A DNA stretch of 64,000 bases from Microcoleus sp. (GTDB lineage: Bacteria; Cyanobacteriota; Cyanobacteriia; Cyanobacteriales; Microcoleaceae). Where the stretch lies: the NCBI GenBank assembly GCA_052279835.1, contig CP181291.1, forward strand, positions 6,278,703 to 6,342,702. Reading direction: 5' to 3'. Each line of letters begins with the position of its first letter. Positions within the stretch are counted from its first letter, which is position 1. Positions 9,376-19,820 of this stretch are shown piece after piece. The position numbers and the translations under genes were made by a program. The notes beneath the pieces are model-generated. The model was given only the letters and a program-made list of their open reading frames with translations. It was not told where the DNA came from and searched no databases.

Positions 9376-11187
9376 ATGCGTATTCTAAATATTCAGGCGA
9401 TCGCAATTTTGACTCTAGCCACATGGACTGGGGGGGAATTAGGAGCCAAAGCTGCAACTGAGGTGAAATTGGCAGAAGCAGAAGCAGCAGCAGCAGATAG
9501 CCTGTCGATAAATCCTGTGGCGGTAGAAGCTCCATCACCCTCTGTTAAAGTTAAATCCAGCCCAAGTAAAGATTTTGCCTTGGTGTTAAAAACTGCCCGT
9601 AGCCCAGGGGCGGTGGTTGAAACGCCGGAATCATATCAATTCCGGTTGTATCGGAATGATTTAACCGCGAAGGCGCGAAGTACGCGAAGGAAGAGAAGAG
9701 AGAGTTTAATCATTCCGATGCTAACGGATTTTAGATCGTTAGATATTTCTCCAGACATTTCCCAAAAAGCGGGTATTGAACAGGCTGGATGCCTATTCCA
9801 CGGGAATGATACCAGCAGTTTATGCAATCGCCAAGCCCGACAGCTAGAGGGTACTGCACAGGTTTCTCAAGCTGGAGATGTGGGCGGTATCTACGTTGCA
9901 GAGGTGAAAATTCGGTTTGTCAATTCCAAGGGGGAAGCCGTTGACAAGCAAGGGAATCCGATTCAGGGCAGAATTTCTGAAGATTTTATCCGTGGCGAAC
10001 TCAAACTCAAGGCGGGAGATAATTACAGTCAGGATGTAGTGCGATCGGATTTGCAGCAGTTGCAGCAATTGGGATTGTTTGACATGGTGACGGTTTCTAC
10101 TGAAGAAGTTGGCACTGATATTAATGTTATATACAACGTCCAAGAGCGATCGGCTCGGTCTTTTGGTGTCAGTGCGAGTTTGAGTGATGACATTGGCTTA
10201 GCGATTCCTCTGTCTTATACCGATCGCACTTTAGGTACAAATCCGCAACGCCTGTCGGTGGAAGTTCAGCCCAGCCTCCGAGATTTCGAGTATGATGTCC
10301 AATTTGTCAGCCCTTACGTTGCCGCCACTGATACTTTGGGATACAGTGTGAGAACTTTTCGCGATCGCCGAACATCGGAAATTTTCAACAACGATATTAA
10401 CTTGCCCAATGGCAATCGAGTTCGAGAAATTCGGATGGGAGGAAATCTGGCATTTACCAAGCCTTTGGGGGATTGGCGAGGGACTTTGGGATTGAATTAT
10501 ACAAATATCAGCACCCGCGATCGTAATTTGAATATCGCCCGCCGTGACGAATTGGGAAACCCTCTCACTTTCAGCGGCACTGGCGTTGACGAATTATATA
10601 CTGTTTCTTTTGGCGCCACGCTCGATCGGCGCAACAATCCCTTCAACCCAAGCAGCGGCTCGGTTCTCAGCCTCAGCACCGAACAATCCATCCCCCTGGG
10701 ACAAGGGAACATAGTGAGCAATAAATTATTAGCTAATTATATACAATATATACCGTTGAATTTCCTCGGCCGTGGCGATACGGAAGCATTGCCAGAAACC
10801 TTAGCTTTTAACCTGCAAGCAGGGACGGTAATTGGAGATTTGGCACCAACAGAAGCTTTTCGTCTCGGTGGGCGGAATTCCGTGCGGGGTTACGACACAG
10901 GAGATCTCGGTAGCGGGCGGAGTTATTTCTTAGCTTCCGGGGAATATCGGTTTCCCGTCAGTAGAGATGTGGGCGGGGTAATATTTGTCGATTTTGCCTC
11001 AGATTTGGGAACCGGAGACAGCGTGTTGGGGAAACCAGCGGTGGTGAGGGACAAACCGGGTACTGGGGCTGGTTTTGGCGTGGGAGTCCGAGTGCGATCG
11101 CCCTTGTTGGGATTAATCCGCTTTGATGTGGGTGTTAGCGATGGCGGCGACATCAAATTTGTACTTGGTACAAGGCAGCGATTTTAA
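9376..11187 (+). CDS. Omp85/BamA-TamA family outer membrane protein (short paralogue)
   Basis: Signal peptide, about one POTRA domain, beta-barrel with VRGY motif and C-terminal Phe. Confidence 0.9.
   Translation: MRILNIQAIAILTLATWTGGELGAKAATEVKLAEAEAAAADSLSINPVAVEAPSPSVKVKSSPSKDFALVLKTARSPGAVVETPESYQFRLYRNDLTAKARSTRRKRRESLIIPMLTDFRSLDISPDISQKAGIEQAGCLFHGNDTSSLCNRQARQLEGTAQVSQAGDVGGIYVAEVKIRFVNSKGEAVDKQGNPIQGRISEDFIRGELKLKAGDNYSQDVVRSDLQQLQQLGLFDMVTVSTEEVGTDINVIYNVQERSARSFGVSASLSDDIGLAIPLSYTDRTLGTNPQRLSVEVQPSLRDFEYDVQFVSPYVAATDTLGYSVRTFRDRRTSEIFNNDINLPNGNRVREIRMGGNLAFTKPLGDWRGTLGLNYTNISTRDRNLNIARRDELGNPLTFSGTGVDELYTVSFGATLDRRNNPFNPSSGSVLSLSTEQSIPLGQGNIVSNKLLANYIQYIPLNFLGRGDTEALPETLAFNLQAGTVIGDLAPTEAFRLGGRNSVRGYDTGDLGSGRSYFLASGEYRFPVSRDVGGVIFVDFASDLGTGDSVLGKPAVVRDKPGTGAGFGVGVRVRSPLLGLIRFDVGVSDGGDIKFVLGTRQRF
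9633..9811. repeat. Two MITE-like repeats inserted in frame in the Omp85 N-terminus
   Basis: 9633-9736 resembles 46473-46612 and 42341-42444; 9753-9811 resembles the reverse complement of 32005-32074. Confidence 0.75.
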
Positions 11188-11191
11188 ATTA

Positions 11192-11225
11192 TTGATACTC
11201 CCCACCGATGAATCGGGGGGATTAT
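11192..11225 (-). mobile_element. Solo degenerate IS200/IS605 right end
   Basis: Minus strand taat-ccccccgattcatcggtgggg-agtaTCAA, like 9251-9284. Confidence 0.6.
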
Positions 11226-11325
11226 TGAAGAGAGTCCAAACTCTTTTAAGATACCAGGGGCGGGTTTTATAGATGGTAGGTTTACTCCTACAAAGAATGA
11301 AACAGCCCTGCCCCTACCACTCCCC

Positions 11326-11805
11326 TTAAAAACTGGCGGCGTAAGTTAATTCAAATTGGCGGCCTAGGGTGATACAGCAATAGTGGGGTCTATCAAATAC
11401 TAAATTGTAATTCATTTCCCCATCTATTTTGATTACCGGTTGTTTTAAAGGGATGCCATGAATGTTATATTGGCGACGTTCTAAGGCACTCCAGTCAATG
11501 ATTTTGAGATCGATTTGGTTCTGCAATTCACTGGCTAACAAAAATAGTTCCATCTTGTCTTGAACTTTGCCAGTCAAGGGTATTTTCATTAACACTAACT
11601 GGGTGACAAGAGGTTTTTGTTCGTTGGGAAACTTCTGGGTGTGGCAATGTCCAAGTTCTATATCATAAGGTTCTACCTTGAATTTGTCTTTGGAAAGAAG
11701 GGAAGATGCGTGCAAGTCTTTGAGGCACTTTTCCAGGTGGGGAATCAACCCCAAGTCTGGATCGCATAGGAGTTTGCGAATATTGGAAGTTTCGGTGACT
11801 GTCAT
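11326..11805 (-). CDS. Hypothetical protein
   Basis: 159-aa ORF co-oriented downstream of the glycosyltransferases; no motif recognised. Confidence 0.7.
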   Translation of the reverse strand: MTVTETSNIRKLLCDPDLGLIPHLEKCLKDLHASSLLSKDKFKVEPYDIELGHCHTQKFPNEQKPLVTQLVLMKIPLTGKVQDKMELFLLASELQNQIDLKIIDWSALERRQYNIHGIPLKQPVIKIDGEMNYNLVFDRPHYCCITLGRQFELTYAASF

Positions 11806-11872
11806 GTTAGATTTTTGATGTTATTTTTTGATTCTTACTTTTAGCTTAGCGCTAAAGGGATCGGTCTAAAAT

Positions 11873-13546
11873 CTATTTTTTGGTGAGTTTCCAGAGATTA
11901 AGCTCGACTGTATCAGTAATGGGGTCTATTTTATAGTTTTGCTGCTGGATTCCCGATCGCAATACTGAGGATGGTCTGTATAAAAACAGGTCACTAAAAC
12001 CCTTGGGAATTGTAGGTACTTTGGGTTTGGCAAGTGCCAATTCCCGATTTTTGTAGCAAGCAGTGTAGCAGCGGGGTGCAATTAGTAGTTTGACTTTTGG
12101 TTCTAGCTGATAGCTTAAAGGCATAATATATGCTATATTGGCATCGCTAATGATTAGGGGCTTGGTGGCTTGATTAATCGCCTTAGCTACTTCTATTTCG
12201 GTGCGTAGCCAACCACTGCCTTTATTCCACCAACTGTCTGCTTGAGAAATTATTCCCGCGGATATAATGCCGGAGGCAAACAGTGACACCATAATGAATT
12301 TCCACACATTTTGGTGCTTACCACCATCTAGATTGCCACTAATTTTTATAGACAGTAGATAAGCAACTGCTAGCTGAATTCCCACATAACATGGCACTAA
12401 ATATCGCGGATTTGCCGATCGCCTTCCACCTTTAAGTATATCGGGGACTGCTAAAAATAACGCCGTTGTTGCAATTGTTAACAATATCAATAGCCAAACT
12501 CGTTTTGGTGTATGTCGGCACAGGAAAAAAATTGCATATCCCACCAAAGCGAGGATAATTAGACTCACAGGAATTAGTGAGGCTACTTGTGTGGTACTAG
12601 CACTGCCATCAATGCCTACATCGAAAAAAGCGATGGTGACGGAACCAGCCCACCTGCTAACTAATTTTAAGATATTTGCCTGTTCAGTCCAGACTGTGGT
12701 GCTTTTAATTTGATTGATGTTTTCTGAAACATTGATAGCCGTAGGCATGAAAGCGATAAATCCTACTAAAGCTGCTACATAATAGGCAATAAATGTTTGA
12801 ATATCGCGCCAGTTGGCAATAATTGCGATGTAGATTGCATGGGCGGCGGCGACGCAGATAAATAACAAGTGGGTGTAAAGTCCCATTGCTAAGGTTACTG
12901 CGTAAATTATCCAGTCAAAAATCAACCCCATGGGGTTGAGATTTTCCTGTACCCGCGTTGCTCGCAGCAGGGATGCTGTTGATAAAATAGTAGTGACAGT
13001 CCACAAACTGTATTGTCTGGCTTCTTGGGCAAACAGAATATGGTAGGGAGAAATGGCAAAAATGGCGATCGCCATCCATGCTACAGTGCTAGAGGCAAAT
13101 AATTCCCAAGCTAGCCAATAAATGGCGGGAAATACTAGCAAGCTAATCGCCACAGCTAAACTTCTCATGGCTGTGACAGAACTGCCGAACCATTGCGCCC
13201 AATATCGGGCTAGTATGTAATACAGTGGCGGGTGCTGGGAGTCTTCGGTTGCTAAAGAATGTAGGGTGTCAGTTAAATGGTGTTCGGGATTTATGTGTTG
13301 ATATTTTTGTAAATCTGAGGGCGATGTTATTTGCTGGTAAGAAAAATTTTTGAGCATTTCGGCTTCGGTGTAGCCGGCAACTCTCAGGGAAGTATAGGTT
13401 TCATCAATCCAGTAAAACTTGCGATCGATATTTGCCAAACGAAAAAATATCCCTAGGACTAATATAAAGATCATTAAAAATCGCAACCCCTTGTGCAGTG
13501 GAGGATGCTGAGAAATTAGTCGATCGCCATTTTTAGGAAATTCCAT
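11873..13546 (-). CDS. Glycosyltransferase family 39 (PMT/ArnT-like) membrane protein
   Basis: YWIDE, HPPLYY, AQEARQY and multiple TM segments. Confidence 0.9.
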   Translation of the reverse strand: MEFPKNGDRLISQHPPLHKGLRFLMIFILVLGIFFRLANIDRKFYWIDETYTSLRVAGYTEAEMLKNFSYQQITSPSDLQKYQHINPEHHLTDTLHSLATEDSQHPPLYYILARYWAQWFGSSVTAMRSLAVAISLLVFPAIYWLAWELFASSTVAWMAIAIFAISPYHILFAQEARQYSLWTVTTILSTASLLRATRVQENLNPMGLIFDWIIYAVTLAMGLYTHLLFICVAAAHAIYIAIIANWRDIQTFIAYYVAALVGFIAFMPTAINVSENINQIKSTTVWTEQANILKLVSRWAGSVTIAFFDVGIDGSASTTQVASLIPVSLIILALVGYAIFFLCRHTPKRVWLLILLTIATTALFLAVPDILKGGRRSANPRYLVPCYVGIQLAVAYLLSIKISGNLDGGKHQNVWKFIMVSLFASGIISAGIISQADSWWNKGSGWLRTEIEVAKAINQATKPLIISDANIAYIMPLSYQLEPKVKLLIAPRCYTACYKNRELALAKPKVPTIPKGFSDLFLYRPSSVLRSGIQQQNYKIDPITDTVELNLWKLTKK

Positions 13547-13585
13547 TTTAAATAAACTCACTTGGGGTTGCTAGATAAATGATCA

Positions 13586-15196
13586 TTATTTGACTATTTT
13601 CCAGAGAAGTATTTCTTGGTCTTGACCGTAAATTATTTCTATTTTATATTGATTAAACTCGCGGATTTGTTTTTGTAAATCCTGGGAAATATTGTACAGA
13701 AGTATCGGGTCAAAATTTCCAGGAAATTCAATATTTTTGGGTGACATTATTAATAATTTAGCTTGTGGTTCTATTTGGTGACTCATACCTAGTAAATTGC
13801 CGATATTCAATACACTATAGCCTGCCAAGTCTGTGATGATTAATGGATTAGAAGCTGAGTTGACTGTACGGGCGATCGAGTTATTAAGCAGAGAACCGGA
13901 TTTATTCCACCAAGTATCTGCTGATAAATAGAGACTCGATGAAATAATTCCCATTGAAAGCAGAAAAACTAGAGCAACTCTCCACAATTTTTGTAATTTA
14001 ACTCTGATTAGAAGTTGAGTAAAAAGAAAAGCAACAGATATCTGCATTCCTAAATAACAGGGAATCATGTAACGAGTGTTTATCGATCGAATCCCTCCTT
14101 TAATTAAGTCCGCTGGCAAGAAAAATACTACAGTCATGCAGGTTAATGTAATTACAAATAACCAAACTCGCATTTTTGTAGTACGTAAAAGTAGATAATA
14201 AGAATACCCCAGCATGATTAAAATCATGAAAATAACTGGCAAAGTAGATATCAAATATGGTGATGGCAACTTCCAGTAAAATCCTACATCAAAAAACTGA
14301 TTGCTAATGTTCAGCATCCAACTTTTTACCAAGTCTAAAAGCGGTCTTCTCAAGGATAGCCAAGAAGTTTTATCGCTGGCATAGTTGAAGTTTTTTATAA
14401 AAACTATAATCCAAGGGGAAAAAATTAGGATTCCTGTAATGCTCGCTAAAAAATAGCCAATAACTGTCTTGTTAATGCGGAACTTTTCCACAATGACTAC
14501 ATAGATACCATGTCCTATGGCAACCATGGCAAATAGGAGGTGAGAATACATTGCCACAGCTAGTGTTGTAGCATAAATTGCCCAACTACTGTTAGTTTTT
14601 AGGCGCATTGCTCGTAGCAACACTGCGCTAGACAGTAAAATTAACAAAACAAACAAACTGTAAGGTCGAGCTTCCTGAGCGTAAACTACCTGAAAAGGCG
14701 ATACAGCTAGAATGGCAACTGCTAACCAAGCTGTCAGCGATGACTCAAATAACTCTAAACATAGCCAGTACATACAAGGTAATGCCAGCAAGCTAAAAAC
14801 AGCAGATAAACTTCTAGTTACGGCGATGGAATCTCCAAACAGTTGCACCCAAAATCTGACTGCTACAAAATACAGCGGAGCAAGTTGAGCTTCTTCTAGC
14901 GCCAATCCTTTTACGGTGTCAAAAACGTTTTTTTCGGCATTGAGATGCTGATACTTTTGGAGAGTTTCTATTTCGTTAATTTTGCCCTCGCCTAACTCTT
15001 TAATTAATTCAGATTCTGTATAACCGGAAACTCGCAGAGAAGTGTAACCTTCGTCTATCCAGTAAACTTTATTTTCCAGATTGGCGAAACGAAAAAATAT
15101 CCCTAGGACTAATATAAAGATCATTAAAAATCGCAGCCCCTTGTGCAATGGAAGATGCTGAGAAATTAGTCGATCGCCATTTTGCGTAAATTTCAT
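13586..15196 (-). CDS. Glycosyltransferase family 39 (PMT/ArnT-like) membrane protein
   Basis: YWIDE, APLYF, AQEARPY and multiple TM segments. Confidence 0.9.
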   Translation of the reverse strand: MKFTQNGDRLISQHLPLHKGLRFLMIFILVLGIFFRFANLENKVYWIDEGYTSLRVSGYTESELIKELGEGKINEIETLQKYQHLNAEKNVFDTVKGLALEEAQLAPLYFVAVRFWVQLFGDSIAVTRSLSAVFSLLALPCMYWLCLELFESSLTAWLAVAILAVSPFQVVYAQEARPYSLFVLLILLSSAVLLRAMRLKTNSSWAIYATTLAVAMYSHLLFAMVAIGHGIYVVIVEKFRINKTVIGYFLASITGILIFSPWIIVFIKNFNYASDKTSWLSLRRPLLDLVKSWMLNISNQFFDVGFYWKLPSPYLISTLPVIFMILIMLGYSYYLLLRTTKMRVWLFVITLTCMTVVFFLPADLIKGGIRSINTRYMIPCYLGMQISVAFLFTQLLIRVKLQKLWRVALVFLLSMGIISSSLYLSADTWWNKSGSLLNNSIARTVNSASNPLIITDLAGYSVLNIGNLLGMSHQIEPQAKLLIMSPKNIEFPGNFDPILLYNISQDLQKQIREFNQYKIEIIYGQDQEILLWKIVK

Positions 15197-15473
15197 TTTA
15201 AATCAACTCCTATAAAAAGAATACTCCCTAGCCGACGCTATAAGTAAATGAGCACCGTAAATCCCAGACACATAAAGACTTTCATCCGTGGGTTTATGAC
15301 CGCTATTAAAGGCACGGAGGCAGTATTTGCCTATCAGTCCTAGTTCACTTAGAATAACTGCCGATCGGCAATTCTGTCATTGAGTGAAAGGCTACAATGT
15401 TCGAGAGACCATGGGTCCGGCGACAAATCCTGATGTAGACTAGGCGTAAAAATCCCACTAATTTCCTATTCCT

Positions 15474-16188
15474 ATGAAAAAAGTCCTTTACTGGTTGATG
15501 GGCGAAAAGGCAGGCAGAACCATAGTCGGTGCCTGGAAACTGGCTGTGGGGACTACCCGTAGCATCCGGCGGCGAGGTGTCGGTGGCGGTAGCCGAAGAG
15601 TCTTTGCGAGCGATGCAAGAATCAGTGCAAAAGCTAGCAACAGCCGTATCTACCCAAGTTGCAGCCTACCAACGCGCCAAAACTAAATATGAAGAAAAAG
15701 TCAGGGAAATGCAAACTGTAGAGCGCCAAGCCATAGCAGCCCAGCGCAACGGTAATGAAGAAGCAGCCCGCTTAGCCATGTCGAAGGTGATTCAGACAGA
15801 ACAAATTTTGCCACAGTTAGAAGCGCAAGTAAAACAAGCCGAACAGTACGTCAACGCTTCCAAAGACAAGCTGAATCGAGAACGGATGAAGCTGGAAGCC
15901 TACAAAACCGATATGCAAAATATGAAAGATATGGCCGAAATTAACGAAGCACTCGGCTCCATCGCCAAAGTCAACAACGACTTGAGTATTGATTCAGCCC
16001 GATCGCAATTTGAGCAAGCCAAAAACGCCGTCCAAGGCCGCAATCTGCAACAGCAAGCTTTAGCAGAGCTATCGGAGAACCCCCAAGAAAGACTTCAGGC
16101 AGAATTAGAAAAAATGACCATAGACGATGAAGTTAATCGCAGACTGCGAATGTTAAACAATTCAGACAACCCAGAACTTCCCAACTAA
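15474..16188 (+). pseudogene. PspA/IM30 family protein with one extra base near 15537-15539
   Basis: MKKVLYWLMGEKAGRTIVGAW joins NWLWGLP if one A is removed; long coiled coil with GNEEAARLA. Confidence 0.8.
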
Positions 16189-16198
16189 GGAGAATTTT

Positions 16199-17143
16199 AT
16201 GGCTAAGAGTAGCGGGCCTCCCCCCATAGTTTTTATTCTGTTATTTTTCTTGCTCGCCGGTGGCGCGTTCTTTTTTCTGAATAAACCAGCATCGCAGGAT
16301 GCCCAAAATACACCCACTCCCACACCCGCAGCCGATGGTGGAGCGAATCTGCCTCCCGTCGCCCCAGTACCGGCCACAGCATCTCCGGTTGCAGCTAGTT
16401 CTTTTGCGCCTCCAACTTCTGTTGCTCCCGGTACTGTGGTGAAAATTGACGGTTCTACCAGCATGGTGACAATCAATCTCAACCTTAAGAAGGGCTTTCA
16501 AGGCAAGTTTTCTGGCACTACAGTTGATACCAAAGCAAATGGTTCTGCCAACGGAATTAAGGATTTGGTGGCGGGAACAGCCGATATTGCTGCGGTATCG
16601 CAACCTTTGACTGCTGGAGAACAAAGTCAGGGTTTGACAGCAGTACCTGTGGCCCTGGATGCGATCGCCCTTGTAGTCGGCACTAACAACCCTTTCACAG
16701 GAGGTTTAACTGTCGCTCAAGTTCAAGATATCTTCAAGGGAAATACTCAAGATTGGTCGAAAGTCGGTGGCCAGGCGGGCCCGATTAAAATAATTAATCG
16801 ACCCGAAGTTAGTGGCACTCACCAGACGTTTAAAGAACAGGTTCTCAAAGGCGCTAATTTTGCTACGGGACCAAATATTACTACTCTCGATCGAGATGCG
16901 ACAACTCCCCTGCTGCAAGCTTTGGGGAATAACGGCATTGGGTATGCGACTTTCGCTCAAGTAGTCAATCAGAAAACGGTGCGGGTAGTGCCGGTAGACG
17001 GGGCGACACCGGATGCTGGTAACTATCCTTATAAACGACAGTTGTATTACGTTTACAAAAACCCTCCTAGTCAAGCAGTCAAGGACTTCTTGGGTTATGC
17101 AACTTCCCCGGAAGGACAAAAAGCGATGCTTGCCGAAAATTGA
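16199..17143 (+). CDS. PstS-like (PBP) substrate-binding protein with N-terminal membrane anchor
   Basis: DGSTS, GSANG, RPEVSGT, YPYKRQLYY; Pro/Ala linker. Confidence 0.85.
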   Translation: MAKSSGPPPIVFILLFFLLAGGAFFFLNKPASQDAQNTPTPTPAADGGANLPPVAPVPATASPVAASSFAPPTSVAPGTVVKIDGSTSMVTINLNLKKGFQGKFSGTTVDTKANGSANGIKDLVAGTADIAAVSQPLTAGEQSQGLTAVPVALDAIALVVGTNNPFTGGLTVAQVQDIFKGNTQDWSKVGGQAGPIKIINRPEVSGTHQTFKEQVLKGANFATGPNITTLDRDATTPLLQALGNNGIGYATFAQVVNQKTVRVVPVDGATPDAGNYPYKRQLYYVYKNPPSQAVKDFLGYATSPEGQKAMLAEN

Positions 17144-17162
17144 GCCGAAAGCTGATGATATC

Positions 17163-17270
17163 GCCAGACTGAAATCTGGCGCTACACAAGCGATGTCCGC
17201 CTGCGCCAGACTTTATTCTTTAGTTCGCGCCGGCGGGCTTTGTTTGTGCAGGCGCGGTTTTAACCGCCGA
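17163..17270. repeat. Palindromic REP/MITE-like element
   Basis: tacacaagc..gtccgcctgcgc / gcgccggcgggc..tttgtgca imperfect inverted repeat with terminal hairpins. Confidence 0.6.
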
Positions 17271-17320
17271 ATCATCTGATAGGCTAATATTCGATGTGAT
17301 TTAAAATCGAAGGTTTTTCT

Positions 17321-17959
17321 GTGAGCAAAAATCGCGAACCAGTCGAGAGTTTAATTCTTTACTATTTATTCAAGTGGTCCATTGTCAGCCCGATGTTACA
17401 CCTTTATTTTCGGGGTCGCATCTACGGTGCCGAAAATGTTCCCACTTCTGGACCCCTGGTAGTAGTCAGCAATCACGCTAGCGATTTTGACCCGCCTATT
17501 TTATCTAATTGCATGAGACGACCGGTGGCATTTATGGCTAAGGAAGAGTTATTTAAAGTGCCTATTTTGAAACAGGCGATCGCCCTTTATGGTGCTTATC
17601 CAGTCAAACGGGAAAGTGCCGATCGCAGTGCGATTCGATCGGCTCTCCAATATTTAGAAAATGGATGGGCAACAGGTGTATTTTTGCAAGGAACCAGAAC
17701 AGTAGATGGTAGAATTACCGATCCCAAATTAGGTGCTGCACTGATAGCGGCTAAGGCTAAAGCACCGCTATTACCTGTTAGTTTGTGGGGAACTCATGCT
17801 ATAGCATCTAAGGATTCAGCACTGCCGCGAGCCGTGCCGCTGACGGTGCGAATTGGCAATTTAATTGCAGCGCCGAGTTCGTCGGAGCGATCGGAGTTGG
17901 AAGCATTGACTCAAAGATGCGCTCAAGAAATTAATGCCATGCACGATTTAGGGCGTTGA
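17321..17959 (+). CDS. plsC: 1-acyl-sn-glycerol-3-phosphate acyltransferase
   Basis: NHASDFD (HX4D), AKEELF, FLQGTR. Confidence 0.9.
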   Translation: MSKNREPVESLILYYLFKWSIVSPMLHLYFRGRIYGAENVPTSGPLVVVSNHASDFDPPILSNCMRRPVAFMAKEELFKVPILKQAIALYGAYPVKRESADRSAIRSALQYLENGWATGVFLQGTRTVDGRITDPKLGAALIAAKAKAPLLPVSLWGTHAIASKDSALPRAVPLTVRIGNLIAAPSSSERSELEALTQRCAQEINAMHDLGR

Positions 17960-18047
17960 ATTTCCATTTAGGGACTTGGGACTACCCACCGCTTATAAAA
18001 ACCTATGTAAACCTGGGTAAGCTCTGCGGTATAAGCTTTAAACGTTC

Positions 18048-19521
18048 TTACAAGCGTGCTTGCGCTTCCTCGCCTTGAGGCGTGACCAAGAAACTCCAGT
18101 TAGAAACGCTATAATAATCACAGCGACGTGATATTACAGCCGAACGTTTGATCTTTTTATTCAGTTGGTTCCACTCGCTCCAAACGTGCTTTTCCGGGTT
18201 CATCTCGGAATAGGCGGTTAAGGAGCGAGGTATTTTTTCACTCTTATTCATGGCCCTGCGAGCAATCACCAGTGCAGCCGATTCGTCGCTAGCTAAGCCA
18301 TACATTTTTAGGTATTTCACCAAGCCGATAATACTTGAATAAGCTGGATTGACTGCAATTAACTCAATTCCGCGATTCGACAAAATAGAACCCAGTTGTT
18401 TGTAGAACTCGCTATACGCCCAACCTGATAACATTCGGGCATACTTTCTACCTTCCTCCCCTAGAGATTGCTTTTTTGTTGAGAAATCAAGCTCTTCACA
18501 AACTACGGGACATTCAAACTCGGTGGCTTTTGTTGCTAGTTGCAAGCAGGCATTAACAATCTGAGCCTGTTGTTTGCCATTGGACAAACCCATCTGCAAT
18601 GGAATCTGCCCTTTGGCTTTGAGATTCCCTTCAGTATCAACATACGCCCACCCAATAGAAACCAGGATTCATATCGATACCAATGCAACCGTACATCCTA
18701 TTTCTAGAAACTTGATTCACAGGCTTGGGAGTAAATTGCACGGCAATCACCCACTTTCCGTTTTTACGGTAGAAGTGCCAGGTATACGCCCCGCATTCTG
18801 GTAGTCTATTTATGTTGCGATTGAAATCACCAACCTCGGAAGATACAGCTTTCCCGAATCGTGACTATAAGCATTTGGGGACTCTAAAAGTTATTTCGCT
18901 CCCATTCCACTGGGAGACTTGATTGCCAAAAGACTCGTCTTTAGAGCCGACGACAAAAATATCACCGTGAGGGACGAAGACTTTGATTGGCTTGACTCTT
19001 AAGTGTTTAAGCTTGTTAGTTAGCAAAGTTAGCCTGCGCTTTTTATTGTGTATTTGAAAGCGTAAACTCTGCCAATTGGTAGATTTGTATTGGAGCGAGC
19101 AAGCTATGGGGAAATTACCACCTGTTTTTGAATTCTGCCATTTTTTCTTGGCATAAAATTTACGAGCTAATGCCAACTTACGCTCGGCTTTCTTGAGCCA
19201 TGCACTAATGGATTTAATCTTGACTTCAAGAGTCTTTATGTGTAAAACTCTGTGTTCTTTAGCGCCGTCTACACGACATGAGGCCGCACTGATCACGCCA
19301 TTTGCATGGCGCTTATTGATGCCGTAGGTTTGCTGTAAGTGTGTGTTCCAGTCGGACTTCTTGAATTGTGTACTTAAAAGTAAGTGGTTGACTGTTTCAA
19401 TACTTGCAGCCCTGAAAATTGGGGCGTAAGCTTCCAAGAACATCTCGAAATCTGTAAATCCAAGTTCGTTGAGTTCATCTGCTGGCGTGGGCAAGCCTTT
19501 ACAATAAGTTAAGGTAGCCAT
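18048..19521 (-). pseudogene. tnpB: IS200/IS605-family TnpB-related protein, disrupted
   Basis: In-frame TAG at 18865-18867 and an extra base at 18659-18661; reconstructed RuvC motifs GIDMNP, CEELDF, VNPAYSS, DESAALVIARR. Confidence 0.82.
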
Positions 19522-19820
19522 TGATTCGACCTCTCAATGTGGTTGTATCCTAGTATATTAATTGCTTCGCGCAGGATTTGCAAATTTTTCAATGAGTTTC
19601 TTTTATTTCCGAAACGTCGCTGGCGAGGTCTTTTTCAAAGGTTGCACCTTCTCTTTCGATCGAAATCACCAACGCTAATTAGTCTGTTAGTCAATTTACC
19701 GAGAATTTAGTAACTAAAACCTAAGTAAATTTAGGTAAAATGTCAACTGCTGTGAACCCCACCCCCCCCCTGCCCCAAGCAGGGGGGGGTGACTTCTACC
19801 TTCTTCCTTCTTCCTTCTAC

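Noticed and set aside
19755..19792. Poly-C/poly-G hairpin as a special regulatory element
   Set aside because: The same motif recurs near 26310 and 46525; an ordinary dispersed repeat
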